Assembly: GCA_016840465.1 (NCBI GenBank)
Contig: JAEOSH010000005.1
Location: forward strand, 30,001 to 62,000
Source of the DNA: Candidatus Baldrarchaeum yapensis
GTDB taxonomy: Archaea > Asgardarchaeota > Baldrarchaeia > Baldrarchaeales > Baldrarchaeaceae
DNA length: 32,000 nt
Direction of reading: 5' to 3'
How positions within the stretch are numbered: position 1 is the stretch's first letter; each line of letters starts with the position of its first letter. The translations under genes were made by a program, and so were the position numbers. The notes beneath the pieces are model-generated. The model was not told the origin of the DNA. It searched no databases and saw only the letters and a list, made by a program, of their open reading frames with translations. Below are positions 9,761 to 18,482 of the stretch, one piece after another.

Positions 9761-10315
9761 TCACGGGTGATAAGTTTCGTTGCTATTGGTTGTATACTCC
9801 GAATTTCCAACATAATATACTAATTTTACCGATCTTATATCGTAAGTTCTGGAGAACTGTGATTTATTGGCTCTTGCTGCTATAACCCTCCCTAAGAGCA
9901 TCACGTGGTCTCCTGTTTCGACTTCTTTTATGAGTTGGCACTCGAGGTGTGCAATGCATTCTTTAATTGAAGGAGCCTTTACCTTTAATGACGAGATGGG
10001 AGTTAGTCCTGCTTCTTTGAACTTATCGATTTCTCTACCCGAGACAGATCCGCATAAGTCTACCTTTTGCAACAGGTCGATTGTTGGAACGTTTACCACA
10101 AACTCTCCGCTTTCTTTTATCAGCTGATATGTATACCTCTCTGGAGCTATGAAAATCGCAACGCAGGGCGGATTCCAGCTTGCAATGGAGATCCACGATA
10201 CGGTCATCACGTTAATGTTTCCTTCTTTTCCGCGCGCTGTGACGAGCACTGTTAAGCGTGGATGAAGGAGTTTCCAAATATCATTCACGTGTACTTCAGC
10301 TTTTTCATCGTTCAT
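9761..10315 (-). CDS. Flavin reductase-like family protein (flavoredoxin / DIM6-NTAB type)
   Basis: LHPRLTVLVT, NVMTVSW, SGEFVVNVP, CGSVSGREIDKF, IKECIAHLEC, GDHVMLLGRV. SD GGAGG. Confidence 0.9.
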   Translation of the reverse strand: MNDEKAEVHVNDIWKLLHPRLTVLVTARGKEGNINVMTVSWISIASWNPPCVAIFIAPERYTYQLIKESGEFVVNVPTIDLLQKVDLCGSVSGREIDKFKEAGLTPISSLKVKAPSIKECIAHLECQLIKEVETGDHVMLLGRVIAARANKSQFSRTYDIRSVKLVYYVGNSEYTTNSNETYHP

Positions 10316-10373
10316 AGTTTTGCTTCCTCCAATCTGTCCATCGTGTTGTCCGGTTTCACCGATACAGATAAAA

Positions 10374-11945
10374 TCATTTTAGAACTTTAAGCATGCCTTT
10401 ACTCCTTAGTATGTGAACCCTCCATGTTGGTGCCACATATCTCGGGTGACTTGCCTTAACTGTGTCAATCCTTCTCTTAGAGGTGTTTATCGGCCACTTC
10501 TTTGGCTCATCTGGGTTCTTATACGCTATCTCCGCAATTTCCCTCATTCTTGCAGCGTACTTTTCAATATTTTCCTTTGTTTCGGTATCAGTAAACTCTA
10601 TTTGTAATGCTTCACGAACTATTAGCGGAAAGTATATCGTTGGGGCGTAAAAGCCCGCATCCAGCAGACCCTTTGCAATATCCTCTGCGGTTACGTCTGT
10701 ATCCTTAGCCATGGGCTCGGCGCTGATTGCCACCTCATGCTTGTAGTATCGATTAGGGCCGTAAGGCAAAGAGTAGCCCTTAACGCCCCTTATCAGTTTA
10801 AGGAAGTAGTTCGTGTTCAAAACGCTCAACTCGGTTACCTCTTTTAGGCCTTGAGGACCAAGAGCGAGTATATACGTGAATCCCCACAGTAATGGAGCCA
10901 CGTTTCCGAAAAAGGATCTGAGCATGCCTATGGAGTAAGAACCTGGGCGTTTCAAGTAATATCTTTTATTTTTGTCGTCGTATTCCACAATAAATCCCGG
11001 AAGAAGGTCTGAGAGTTTAATGCCCTTTTCGGGGTCAACTTCCCTATCCTTAACACAGATAGGCCCCGCACCAGGACCTCCGCCGCCATGAGGCGCGCTG
11101 AAGGTCTTATGAATGTTAATATGTGCGATGTCAAACCCCATATCTCCGGGCCTTGCATACCCCATGATCCCGTTCAGGTTTGCGCCATCATAATACAGTA
11201 ATCCGTCGACCTCATGTACTATTTCGGCTATTTCAAGTATATGCTCCTCGAAGAGACCGAGCGTGCTGGGATTTGTTAGCATCAAGCCAGCTGTTTTTTC
11301 CGATACAGCCGCCTTTAGCGCTTCGATGTCAATATTTCCGTCAGGAGTTGACTTTATAGTCACTACTTTAAATCCTCCCATAACTGCGCTTGCGGGGTTT
11401 GTTCCATGCGCAGAATCGGGAATTACTATTTCCTTTTTCTTATCAAGCTGATCCCTCAGTTCATGGTACTTTCTTATTATTAGAACTCCTGCCAATTCCC
11501 CATGTGCACCCGCCGCCGGATGAAGCGTACAAGCATCCATACCTACAATGTTTGCCAACCATTTTTGCAATAGATAAAGGGCTTCGAGCAGTCCTTGGAC
11601 GGTCCTTTCATCCTGTAGCGGATGTAAATTGGATATTCTGCTATCATTTGCAATTTCAAATGCTATCTTTGGGTTATACTTCATAGTGCACGATCCCAGT
11701 GGTATTGGTCCGTTATCAACTCCATATGCCATTTGGGAGAGGTTTATGAAGTGCCTTACGACCTCTACCTCTGAGACTTCCGGTAAGGCCGGATCCTCGG
11801 ATCTCCTTATTTTATCAGGAATCCTTATTTCTCCAACTTCTCTCTTGATTTCCTCCTCAACATCGGGTACGAGGAACCCTATCCTCCCAGGGGCCCCTAA
11901 TTCATATATTATCGGTTCATCCCATTTCGCTTGCCGAAAAGTCAC
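10374..11945 (-). CDS. gcvPB: Glycine dehydrogenase (decarboxylating) P-protein subunit 2
   Basis: PLGSCTMKYNP, PAAGAHGE, PDSAHGTNPASA, LMLTNPSTLG, YDGANLN, PLP-lysine motif HKTFSAPHGGGGPG, PTIYFP. Confidence 0.97.
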   Translation of the reverse strand: MTFRQAKWDEPIIYELGAPGRIGFLVPDVEEEIKREVGEIRIPDKIRRSEDPALPEVSEVEVVRHFINLSQMAYGVDNGPIPLGSCTMKYNPKIAFEIANDSRISNLHPLQDERTVQGLLEALYLLQKWLANIVGMDACTLHPAAGAHGELAGVLIIRKYHELRDQLDKKKEIVIPDSAHGTNPASAVMGGFKVVTIKSTPDGNIDIEALKAAVSEKTAGLMLTNPSTLGLFEEHILEIAEIVHEVDGLLYYDGANLNGIMGYARPGDMGFDIAHINIHKTFSAPHGGGGPGAGPICVKDREVDPEKGIKLSDLLPGFIVEYDDKNKRYYLKRPGSYSIGMLRSFFGNVAPLLWGFTYILALGPQGLKEVTELSVLNTNYFLKLIRGVKGYSLPYGPNRYYKHEVAISAEPMAKDTDVTAEDIAKGLLDAGFYAPTIYFPLIVREALQIEFTDTETKENIEKYAARMREIAEIAYKNPDEPKKWPINTSKRRIDTVKASHPRYVAPTWRVHILRSKGMLKVLK

Positions 11946-11961
11946 GTATATGCCCTCCTTT

Positions 11962-13374
11962 TCATTTTGATTTCAAAATTTCATTAATGGAGGAAACCAG
12001 AAGGTCTATGTCCTCCTTACTATGTAATTCCGTTACACAAAATAGTGCCACTTCTCCGAGTTCCGGGAACCATTCTTTAATGTATAATCCGCCATGTATA
12101 TTTCTTTCCAGCAGTTTTTCGTGTACTTCCGGGTACTTAACACCTGCACTGCTGAAATCCACGGTAAATTCTTTGAAGATTTCACTTTTGAATACCGGAG
12201 CCTTAATGCCCTCGATTTCATTTAGCTTCTTGGCAGCATAATGCGATCGATACATTATCAGTCGTCCTAGTTTTTTGAAGCCATGCTTACCCAAGAGTGC
12301 CATGTACACTGCAGCACCCAGAGCACAAAGCATCTCATTTGTGCAGATGTTTGATGTTGCTTTTTCCCTCCTTATATGTTGTTCTCTTGTTTGAAGAATC
12401 ATTGCAAATCCTCTCTCTTTTCCATCTACTGTTGTTGTGAGTCCTATTATTCTGCCTGGCATTTGTCTAACGAGCCTGAGATCCCATCTAGTGGCGAAAA
12501 TTCCCAGATATGGTCCTCCAAAGTTTAGACCTAAGCCCAAGGGTTGACCCTCTCCCACTGCTATGTCGGCGCCCAACTTTCCTGGTGCTTCGAGTACCCC
12601 TAAACTTATCGGATCGACCCCCATTATGAATAAAGCGTCGTATTCGTGGGAAATTTCCCCAATTGCCTTCGCATTTTCCTCAATGAAACCGAGGAACGAG
12701 GGATTCTCTATATATACTGCCGCGACATCCCTTTTTGAGAGCTTTTCTTGGAGATCTTCAAGATCCATGAGGCCTGTTTCCTTATCATATTTTACTTCCT
12801 CGACCTTGATATCTTTTGGCAAAGTGTACGTTTTTACCACAGATTTATGAAAGGGGTTCATTGTTGATGGTACTAGTATCTTATTTTTCCCCTTCTGGAC
12901 TCTAACCGACATAAGGAATGCTTCGGCGACAGCAGAGGCCCAATCGTACATAGAGGAATTTACTACTTCCATCTCTAATAGATCTGCAATCATGCTCTGA
13001 TATTCGAAGAGCGCTTGCATCAACCCCTGCGACATTTCGGGTTGATATGGAGTGTATGCCGTATAGAACTCTGCGCGCGACATTATGTATTTTACTACCG
13101 TGGGAACATAATGGGGCCATGCTCCGCCTCCCAAGAACGGTGGTGGACTTGTAAATACCTTATTTTTGCTCAGTAATTTCTCTACGTATCGCCTAACTTC
13201 AATTTCGGAAAGAGGTCTCTTAAGTCCTATCTCAAGGGAATTCCAGTCGCCTCTGAACCTCGCACTTTCAGGAATGTCTGAGAAGAGTTCCTCGATGTTC
13301 TTGATACCGATCGCCTTTAAGATCTCCCTCTTTATCTCTTTCGGAGAATTAGGTAACCAAGGGTGTGTGACCAA
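11962..13374 (-). CDS. gcvPA: Glycine dehydrogenase P-protein subunit 1
   Basis: HPWLPN, FLGGG, EFYTAYTPYQPEMSQG, NSSMYD, GGPYLG, LQTREQHIRREKATSNICTNE. Probable TTG start at 13374; the ORF is open to GTG 13389. Confidence 0.97.
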   Translation of the reverse strand: MVTHPWLPNSPKEIKREILKAIGIKNIEELFSDIPESARFRGDWNSLEIGLKRPLSEIEVRRYVEKLLSKNKVFTSPPPFLGGGAWPHYVPTVVKYIMSRAEFYTAYTPYQPEMSQGLMQALFEYQSMIADLLEMEVVNSSMYDWASAVAEAFLMSVRVQKGKNKILVPSTMNPFHKSVVKTYTLPKDIKVEEVKYDKETGLMDLEDLQEKLSKRDVAAVYIENPSFLGFIEENAKAIGEISHEYDALFIMGVDPISLGVLEAPGKLGADIAVGEGQPLGLGLNFGGPYLGIFATRWDLRLVRQMPGRIIGLTTTVDGKERGFAMILQTREQHIRREKATSNICTNEMLCALGAAVYMALLGKHGFKKLGRLIMYRSHYAAKKLNEIEGIKAPVFKSEIFKEFTVDFSSAGVKYPEVHEKLLERNIHGGLYIKEWFPELGEVALFCVTELHSKEDIDLLVSSINEILKSK

Positions 13375-13536
13375 AAATATCGACCCCACTTGATATTTTC
13401 TGCATTTTCTTTATTTAAAGAGTTCATTTCGGCGATTCGGGCAATATATGTTTTTATTCCGGACAAAATGATAAGATGTTTCGCCTATCTATTAATTGAG
13501 CACCATGAATGTACGAAATTTGGAGGTCGATGTTCG

Positions 13537-14688
13537 ATGTTCGCGAAAAGTACGAAAGGTGTGAATAGAATCCCGCTATGGGAGTTCCATGTCAGAGAGT
13601 TAGGTGCGGATATGGGAGAGTTTGCCGGATGGGAAGTTCCAATGATGTATACAGGTGCGTTGCAAGAACATATGATTGTAAGAACTGACGCGGGAGTATT
13701 CGATGTTTCTCATATGGGGAGAATCAGAGTATCGGGGCCCGATGCCGAACCCTTTCTCCAACGTATTTTCACGAAAAATATTGCGAAAACAAAAGAATAT
13801 CATTTGAGCGGCCCCACCTTGGTACTTAATGCATATGCTCGCGTTAAGGACGACGAGATGCCGTATAAAGTTTCTGATGAAGAGTGGCTGGTAGTCGTTA
13901 ATGCTCTCTACAGGGACAAGATGCTGAAGTACTATGAAAATGTAATAAAGACGCATAATTTCGATGTGAGAGTGGAAGATCTCACGTCTAAGTATGCAAT
14001 GATCGCAATTCAGGGACCTAGATCCGCGGAAATTTTAGAGAAAATATGTGGTGATTGGATTCATGATCTTCGTGCATTACAGTTTAGAATTGGCGAATCG
14101 GTTAGTGAACATGATGCATTTTTGATCAGCAGGAGTGGTTGGACAGGAGAGGATGGCTTTGAGATATGGGCAGAGCCTAAAAACATGGTAGACATTTATC
14201 GAGCGTTATTAAAGGCGGGGGTTAAGCCTGTGGGGATCATATGCAGGGACATGCTTAGGATAGAGATGGGATACGTACTAGGCGAACACGAATACGGAGA
14301 AGATCCGTTAAGATTCCCACCGGCGAATTCCTTGAGATACGGACTTGGTGCAATTGACTGGAACAAGCGTGGATTCGTGGGAGAAGAGGCATTAAGAGCG
14401 TATAGACGCGAGGGAGTTAGATGGGTTAGAGTGGGCATTAAAATGAGGAGAAAACATGCGAGAGCAGTTATAAGGCAAGGATACAAACTCTACGTTGAGG
14501 ATCAGGTCATCGGATGGATGACGAGCGGCACATATTCGCCTTATCTGAAAACTGCTATTGGTCAAGCGTATGTCGATGTGAGATATGCCATTTTTGGCGA
14601 TATCGTCGAGGTTGAAATACGCGGAAAGAGATATGAAGGTAAAATAGTAGAATTTCCACTTGTACGCGGGAGGCCCGTGGTTAGGTGA
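13537..14688 (+). CDS. gcvT: Aminomethyltransferase, glycine cleavage T-protein
   Basis: EFAGWEVP, GVFDVSHMG, IAIQGP, SRSGWTGEDGFE, RDMLRIEMG, TSGTYSP. The ATG at 13537 follows SD GGAGGTCGA; the upstream ORF extension overlaps gcvPA and its promoter. Confidence 0.96.
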   Translation: MFAKSTKGVNRIPLWEFHVRELGADMGEFAGWEVPMMYTGALQEHMIVRTDAGVFDVSHMGRIRVSGPDAEPFLQRIFTKNIAKTKEYHLSGPTLVLNAYARVKDDEMPYKVSDEEWLVVVNALYRDKMLKYYENVIKTHNFDVRVEDLTSKYAMIAIQGPRSAEILEKICGDWIHDLRALQFRIGESVSEHDAFLISRSGWTGEDGFEIWAEPKNMVDIYRALLKAGVKPVGIICRDMLRIEMGYVLGEHEYGEDPLRFPPANSLRYGLGAIDWNKRGFVGEEALRAYRREGVRWVRVGIKMRRKHARAVIRQGYKLYVEDQVIGWMTSGTYSPYLKTAIGQAYVDVRYAIFGDIVEVEIRGKRYEGKIVEFPLVRGRPVVR

Positions 14689-14724
14689 CCCTACTTCTAA
14701 TACAAACTTCCGTGGTGTTCTCAA

Positions 14725-15150
14725 ATGAGCGAGGTGGAGTTCGAAGTAGAGGGAAAGAAGTATGTTGTGAGGACTGATTTGAGGTACACAGAGACTGAGG
14801 AATGGGCAAAGAAGGAGGAGGATAATAGAGTTAGGGAAGGAATAACAGATTATGCGCAAAAGGAGTTAAGAGATATTGTGGGCATAGAACTGCCGGAAGT
14901 GGGCACTGAAGTGAAGAAGGGAGATTCTATAGGGTCGATAGAGTCAGTAAAGGCGGTATCCGATCTCTATGCGGCCGTTTCTGGAAGGATTGTCGAGGTT
15001 AATGAAAGGCTACTGGAGGAGCCCGAGCTTTTAAACAAGGATCCTTATGGTGATGGATGGATCGTTATCATCGAAATGTCTGATCCCAACGAGTACGAGC
15101 AACTTCTAACACCGGAGGCATATATCGAAAAGCATAAGGAGTCAAAGTAA
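14725..15150 (+). CDS. gcvH: Glycine cleavage H-protein (lipoyl carrier)
   Basis: YTETEEW, GITDYAQKELRDIVGIELPEVG, lipoyl-lysine motif IESVKAVSD, LLNKDPYGDGW. Confidence 0.96.
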   Translation: MSEVEFEVEGKKYVVRTDLRYTETEEWAKKEEDNRVREGITDYAQKELRDIVGIELPEVGTEVKKGDSIGSIESVKAVSDLYAAVSGRIVEVNERLLEEPELLNKDPYGDGWIVIIEMSDPNEYEQLLTPEAYIEKHKESK

Positions 15151-15174
15151 CCGCCCTGCTAATTTTATTTTTAT

Positions 15175-16290
15175 TTAAACGACCTTCATGATTAAATCTT
15201 CATGATAGTCCACAATGACTTTAGTGTAGCCTCTGAGCATTTCATCTACTTGGGGATCCCCGGTGTCGACTCTTAAGACATCAAGATTTTTTATCTTTGA
15301 TTTCGTCGCAACGACCACTATGTTTTCTTTTCCGACCTTTTTTATCACATCAGGGGAAATTTGCTGATTACCCCTGCCGAAAATAAATCCCTGTCCTCCA
15401 ATGGGTGTGACTATTATTTTTACTTTTTGGAATTTCTCCAATAGACGGAGTATTCCCTTTTCATCTAGGTCCTCTCCAACAACCTTTCCGTTAAAAATTG
15501 CATCGACCCCCAGTAATGTTTTTTTGATTCCTAACTCGTCTGCAATCGCCTTAATAGTCGTTCCAGCACCTAGAATGTATAAGGTGTCTGGCTCCATTTC
15601 TTCAACTATCCTCTTCGCAATGGCCTTCTTGTTCTCCTCTTCTTCATAAGATTCCGCACTTGGTTCCTTACTTGCCTGCATAAGTCCGGCAAGTACTGGT
15701 ATTCTGAGGTAACCATAAAGCCTCACTTTGAGCTCGTTCCTACGATAAGCATCCTCGTCTATATCGAGAACCTCAGCAAATGTTTCGTTAGTTCTTCCCT
15801 CTGCAAATGCCTTCACGACTCTAGCAGCCGCTCTTGGAGATACCGCAAAAACTGCGCTATACATTTTAACTCCCGAGGGTACCCCCAGCGCCAATTGCTT
15901 TTGGTTTACAGCATCCACAATATCTCGTGCGGTGCCATCGCCTCCGACAAAGACCAAAAGATCCACGCCCAATTTCATCATTTCTCTTGAAATTCTCTTT
16001 GTGTCATCGGCTGTTGTCATTTTTGACTCTAAAGAACCGACAATTTCCACGAGATCTTCCTTATGATGCGTTTTCATAACGATATCTTCACCCATGGGTC
16101 CTGGCGCTGCATATAAATTTACACGCAGGTTTAACGAGTTTAGGAATTCCAGTGCTCTTGCTGGGGCCACGGGCTTTGCTCCCTTTTTGATAGCAATGCG
16201 ATACATGTCGCCATCAGTTCCTTTTAACCCGACTCTTCCTCCCATTCCGGCGATAGGATTTATTAGAAATCCGAGGTTTATTTTTCTCAT
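15175..16290 (-). CDS. ATP-NAD kinase family protein (predicted polyphosphate/ATP-dependent NAD kinase-like)
   Basis: GFLINPIAGMGGRVGLKGTD, FVGGDGTARD, GVPSGVKMYS, LGAGTT, TPIGGQGFIFGRGNQQ. Confidence 0.9.
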   Translation of the reverse strand: MRKINLGFLINPIAGMGGRVGLKGTDGDMYRIAIKKGAKPVAPARALEFLNSLNLRVNLYAAPGPMGEDIVMKTHHKEDLVEIVGSLESKMTTADDTKRISREMMKLGVDLLVFVGGDGTARDIVDAVNQKQLALGVPSGVKMYSAVFAVSPRAAARVVKAFAEGRTNETFAEVLDIDEDAYRRNELKVRLYGYLRIPVLAGLMQASKEPSAESYEEEENKKAIAKRIVEEMEPDTLYILGAGTTIKAIADELGIKKTLLGVDAIFNGKVVGEDLDEKGILRLLEKFQKVKIIVTPIGGQGFIFGRGNQQISPDVIKKVGKENIVVVATKSKIKNLDVLRVDTGDPQVDEMLRGYTKVIVDYHEDLIMKVV

Positions 16291-16453
16291 TTTTTACACC
16301 ATTGGTTCCGAACTTTTGAGGTTATCAGTGATTTTGGCATGAGCGAAGGCACTTCACTCCATGTATCGGGTTACATTTGTTTGCGTGAGTGTAAAAAGTA
16401 ATCTTAAATTGACATTGGGTACGTGCATAATGTGCTGGTGGGAGGTGATAGCT

Positions 16454-17134
16454 ATGAAAATCATAGCGCTAACGGACATTCATGGTCATATTGATCCTAT
16501 CAAGAGAATCTTAAAAGAAATTAAGAAGCATATGCCCGATTTGGTGCTTATTTGTGGCGATTTGACACATTTTGGCCCGCTGAACGTTGCTCGAAAAGTC
16601 TTAAGCATGTTTACGAAAGAGGGCTGGAGAACATTATTTGTTCCTGGAAACTGCGATCCTAGAGAGTTGCTATTGCTAAAAGAGGTCGAGGGAGCGATAA
16701 ATATTCATGGCACTTTCTATGATATTGAAGAGTTCTCAGTGATAGGTTTTGGGGGAGGAACTTTCTTTCGTGGAATGACGCCTATAGAGTTCGGCGAGGA
16801 TGAGTTCGAATCCGGACTTAAGCCGAATTTCGACAACGCAAAAGAGAGAAATCGCGAAATCATACTATGCACGCATGCTCCGCCACGTAACACGAGAATA
16901 GACTACACCCTCTCGGGCACGCATGCTGGTAGTGATATCATAAGAAGGCTTGTTCTCGAATATGAGCCTCTAATAGCTTTCCACGGACATATACACGAGG
17001 CGCGGGGGGTTGATGTTATCGGCAAGACTCCATGCATAAATATGGGTCCGGCGTACAGGGGCTACTTTGCAGTGGCTGACGTGAAGAGAGGGGCCGTCGA
17101 TTATGAGCTTATAGAACTCGGAAAAACGGGTTGA
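16454..17134 (+). CDS. Calcineurin-like metallophosphoesterase (Icc-related)
   Basis: DIHG, GDLT, GNCD, THAPP, HGHIHE. Perfect SD GGAGGTGAT at 16441-16449 selects the ATG at 16454. Confidence 0.92.
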   Translation: MKIIALTDIHGHIDPIKRILKEIKKHMPDLVLICGDLTHFGPLNVARKVLSMFTKEGWRTLFVPGNCDPRELLLLKEVEGAINIHGTFYDIEEFSVIGFGGGTFFRGMTPIEFGEDEFESGLKPNFDNAKERNREIILCTHAPPRNTRIDYTLSGTHAGSDIIRRLVLEYEPLIAFHGHIHEARGVDVIGKTPCINMGPAYRGYFAVADVKRGAVDYELIELGKTG

Positions 17135-17163
17135 GTCTCCTATGCCTTATTGATTCCTTCACT

Positions 17164-17182
17164 AATTATCGAACCGATAATT
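17164..17182. promoter_or_regulatory. Inverted repeat AATTATCG-AAC-CGATAATT abutting the TATA box (TTTTAAAA 17181-17188); candidate operator
   Basis: Perfect 8-bp arms with a 3-nt spacer, 55 nt upstream of the ECF S-component start. Confidence 0.6.
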
Positions 17183-17236
17183 TTAAAATGGTAGTGCTTG
17201 ATGGCTTGATAACCTTTTAGAGGGTAGGGATGATTT

Positions 17237-17800
17237 ATGGAAAAGCTAACATCAAAGAGTATCGCAATGGTTGGTGTAATGGCCGCACTAAGCAACGTAT
17301 TGAGTTTTATATATGTGCCACTTGCCCCAGGGGTCAACTTATACTTCCTAGTGCAAGTTCCGTACTTCATAGCGGCAATGACTCTTGGACCCCTTGCAGG
17401 CGCGTTGGCGGGACTTCTCGGAACGCTGACGATGGCATATACCGTTTATATTAGTAAGGGGATAGGTGGAGTCTTCATACCTGTTGGTAATGCGATTCTT
17501 GCGGGTGTAACCGGGTTTATCGCAGAAAAAGTAAAGATTTTTGATAGATTGGAGAGAGGAGAGTTCTTTTGGCCAGTTGCATGTGCGGCAGTTGGGGAGT
17601 TTGCGGAGGCGCCATACATCTTTGTGACGTTGCTTGTGACATTTGTGTTCATGGTGGGGATGGAACTCGGTGTTGCAATGAACATAATTTTCATAATTAT
17701 GGGTAAAGCTATGATCGAGGTTTTGCTGTCCTCCTTCATAGTTGCGGTTTTGCTCGGGAATCCCAGCGTCAGGACCATGCTTCAAGCCTTCAGAAGATGA
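17237..17800 (+). CDS. ECF transporter S component (substrate unknown)
   Basis: 187 aa, about 5-6 TM helices. N-terminal SIAMVGVMAALSNVL; LGPLAGALAGLLG AxxxA-type motif. Confidence 0.85.
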   Translation: MEKLTSKSIAMVGVMAALSNVLSFIYVPLAPGVNLYFLVQVPYFIAAMTLGPLAGALAGLLGTLTMAYTVYISKGIGGVFIPVGNAILAGVTGFIAEKVKIFDRLERGEFFWPVACAAVGEFAEAPYIFVTLLVTFVFMVGMELGVAMNIIFIIMGKAMIEVLLSSFIVAVLLGNPSVRTMLQAFRR

Positions 17801-17829
17801 CATGAGTCGTTTTATGAACCTTTCACATC

Positions 17830-18285
17830 TTAGGATACTTGGAGTTCCATAACGATGTATTTTTCCTTAAACCCAAATTTTAGATATACATCATGTATCA
17901 GCACGCCTCGCCGCGAATTTGCAACAATTCTTTTTACTCCTCTACTCTTTAGGTGATTTATTGCACTTTCTATTAGGCGTTCCTCTACACCTTTTCCTCT
18001 CCACTCCTTAGTGACTATGACGTTGCTTATATGGCCAATTGGCTCCCCTCCACGCTCGTATATGACCCGAGTGAATGCCGTTCCAATGACCTTCCCACCA
18101 ACTTCCGCTACAAATAATCCTTTCGGGTCTTCTTTGAGGCGGGCCATCAAGCCGAGTTTGAAGACTTCTTCGTTAAACTTCGTTGATGCTATTTCACAGA
18201 GTTCTAGCATTAGTTTTTTTACGGCTTCATAATCCTTTTCCTCGTAATTTCTGATTACAATTTCGTGCGACAATTCCCTCACCAT
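17830..18285 (-). CDS. GNAT-family N-acetyltransferase
   Basis: IRNYEEKD, LFVAEVGGKVIG, motif A VIVTKEWRGKGV, VYLKFGF. Confidence 0.9.
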   Translation of the reverse strand: MVRELSHEIVIRNYEEKDYEAVKKLMLELCEIASTKFNEEVFKLGLMARLKEDPKGLFVAEVGGKVIGTAFTRVIYERGGEPIGHISNVIVTKEWRGKGVEERLIESAINHLKSRGVKRIVANSRRGVLIHDVYLKFGFKEKYIVMELQVS

Positions 18286-18482
18286 GTTTAATTACGCGAC
18301 TGCGGATTTAACGTTAGCACTTAGGATATAATGTTCTTATAATTGTTAATCCATCTATTCATCATATTTTAAGAGTTTGTTCCTCTTAATTGGAAAATTA
18401 TCCGGCAAATTCTCCTTTTAATTAGTGTGAGTCAGTATTTTCATTAAGTTGTTTGAGAAAAAGCGAGATTCTTAGTAAATAC

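Noticed and set aside
13363-13536. 58-aa N-terminal extension of GcvT in the ORF track
   Set aside because: It overlaps gcvPA and the divergent promoter region; a strong SD points to ATG 13537.
16361-16453. Longer start for the metallophosphoesterase
   Set aside because: A perfect SD selects ATG 16454, where the family motif begins (MKIIALTDIHG).
16802-16813. GAGTTCGAATCC, resembling a tRNA T-loop
   Set aside because: It lies inside the metallophosphoesterase CDS (E-F-E-S), with no acceptor, D or anticodon arms.
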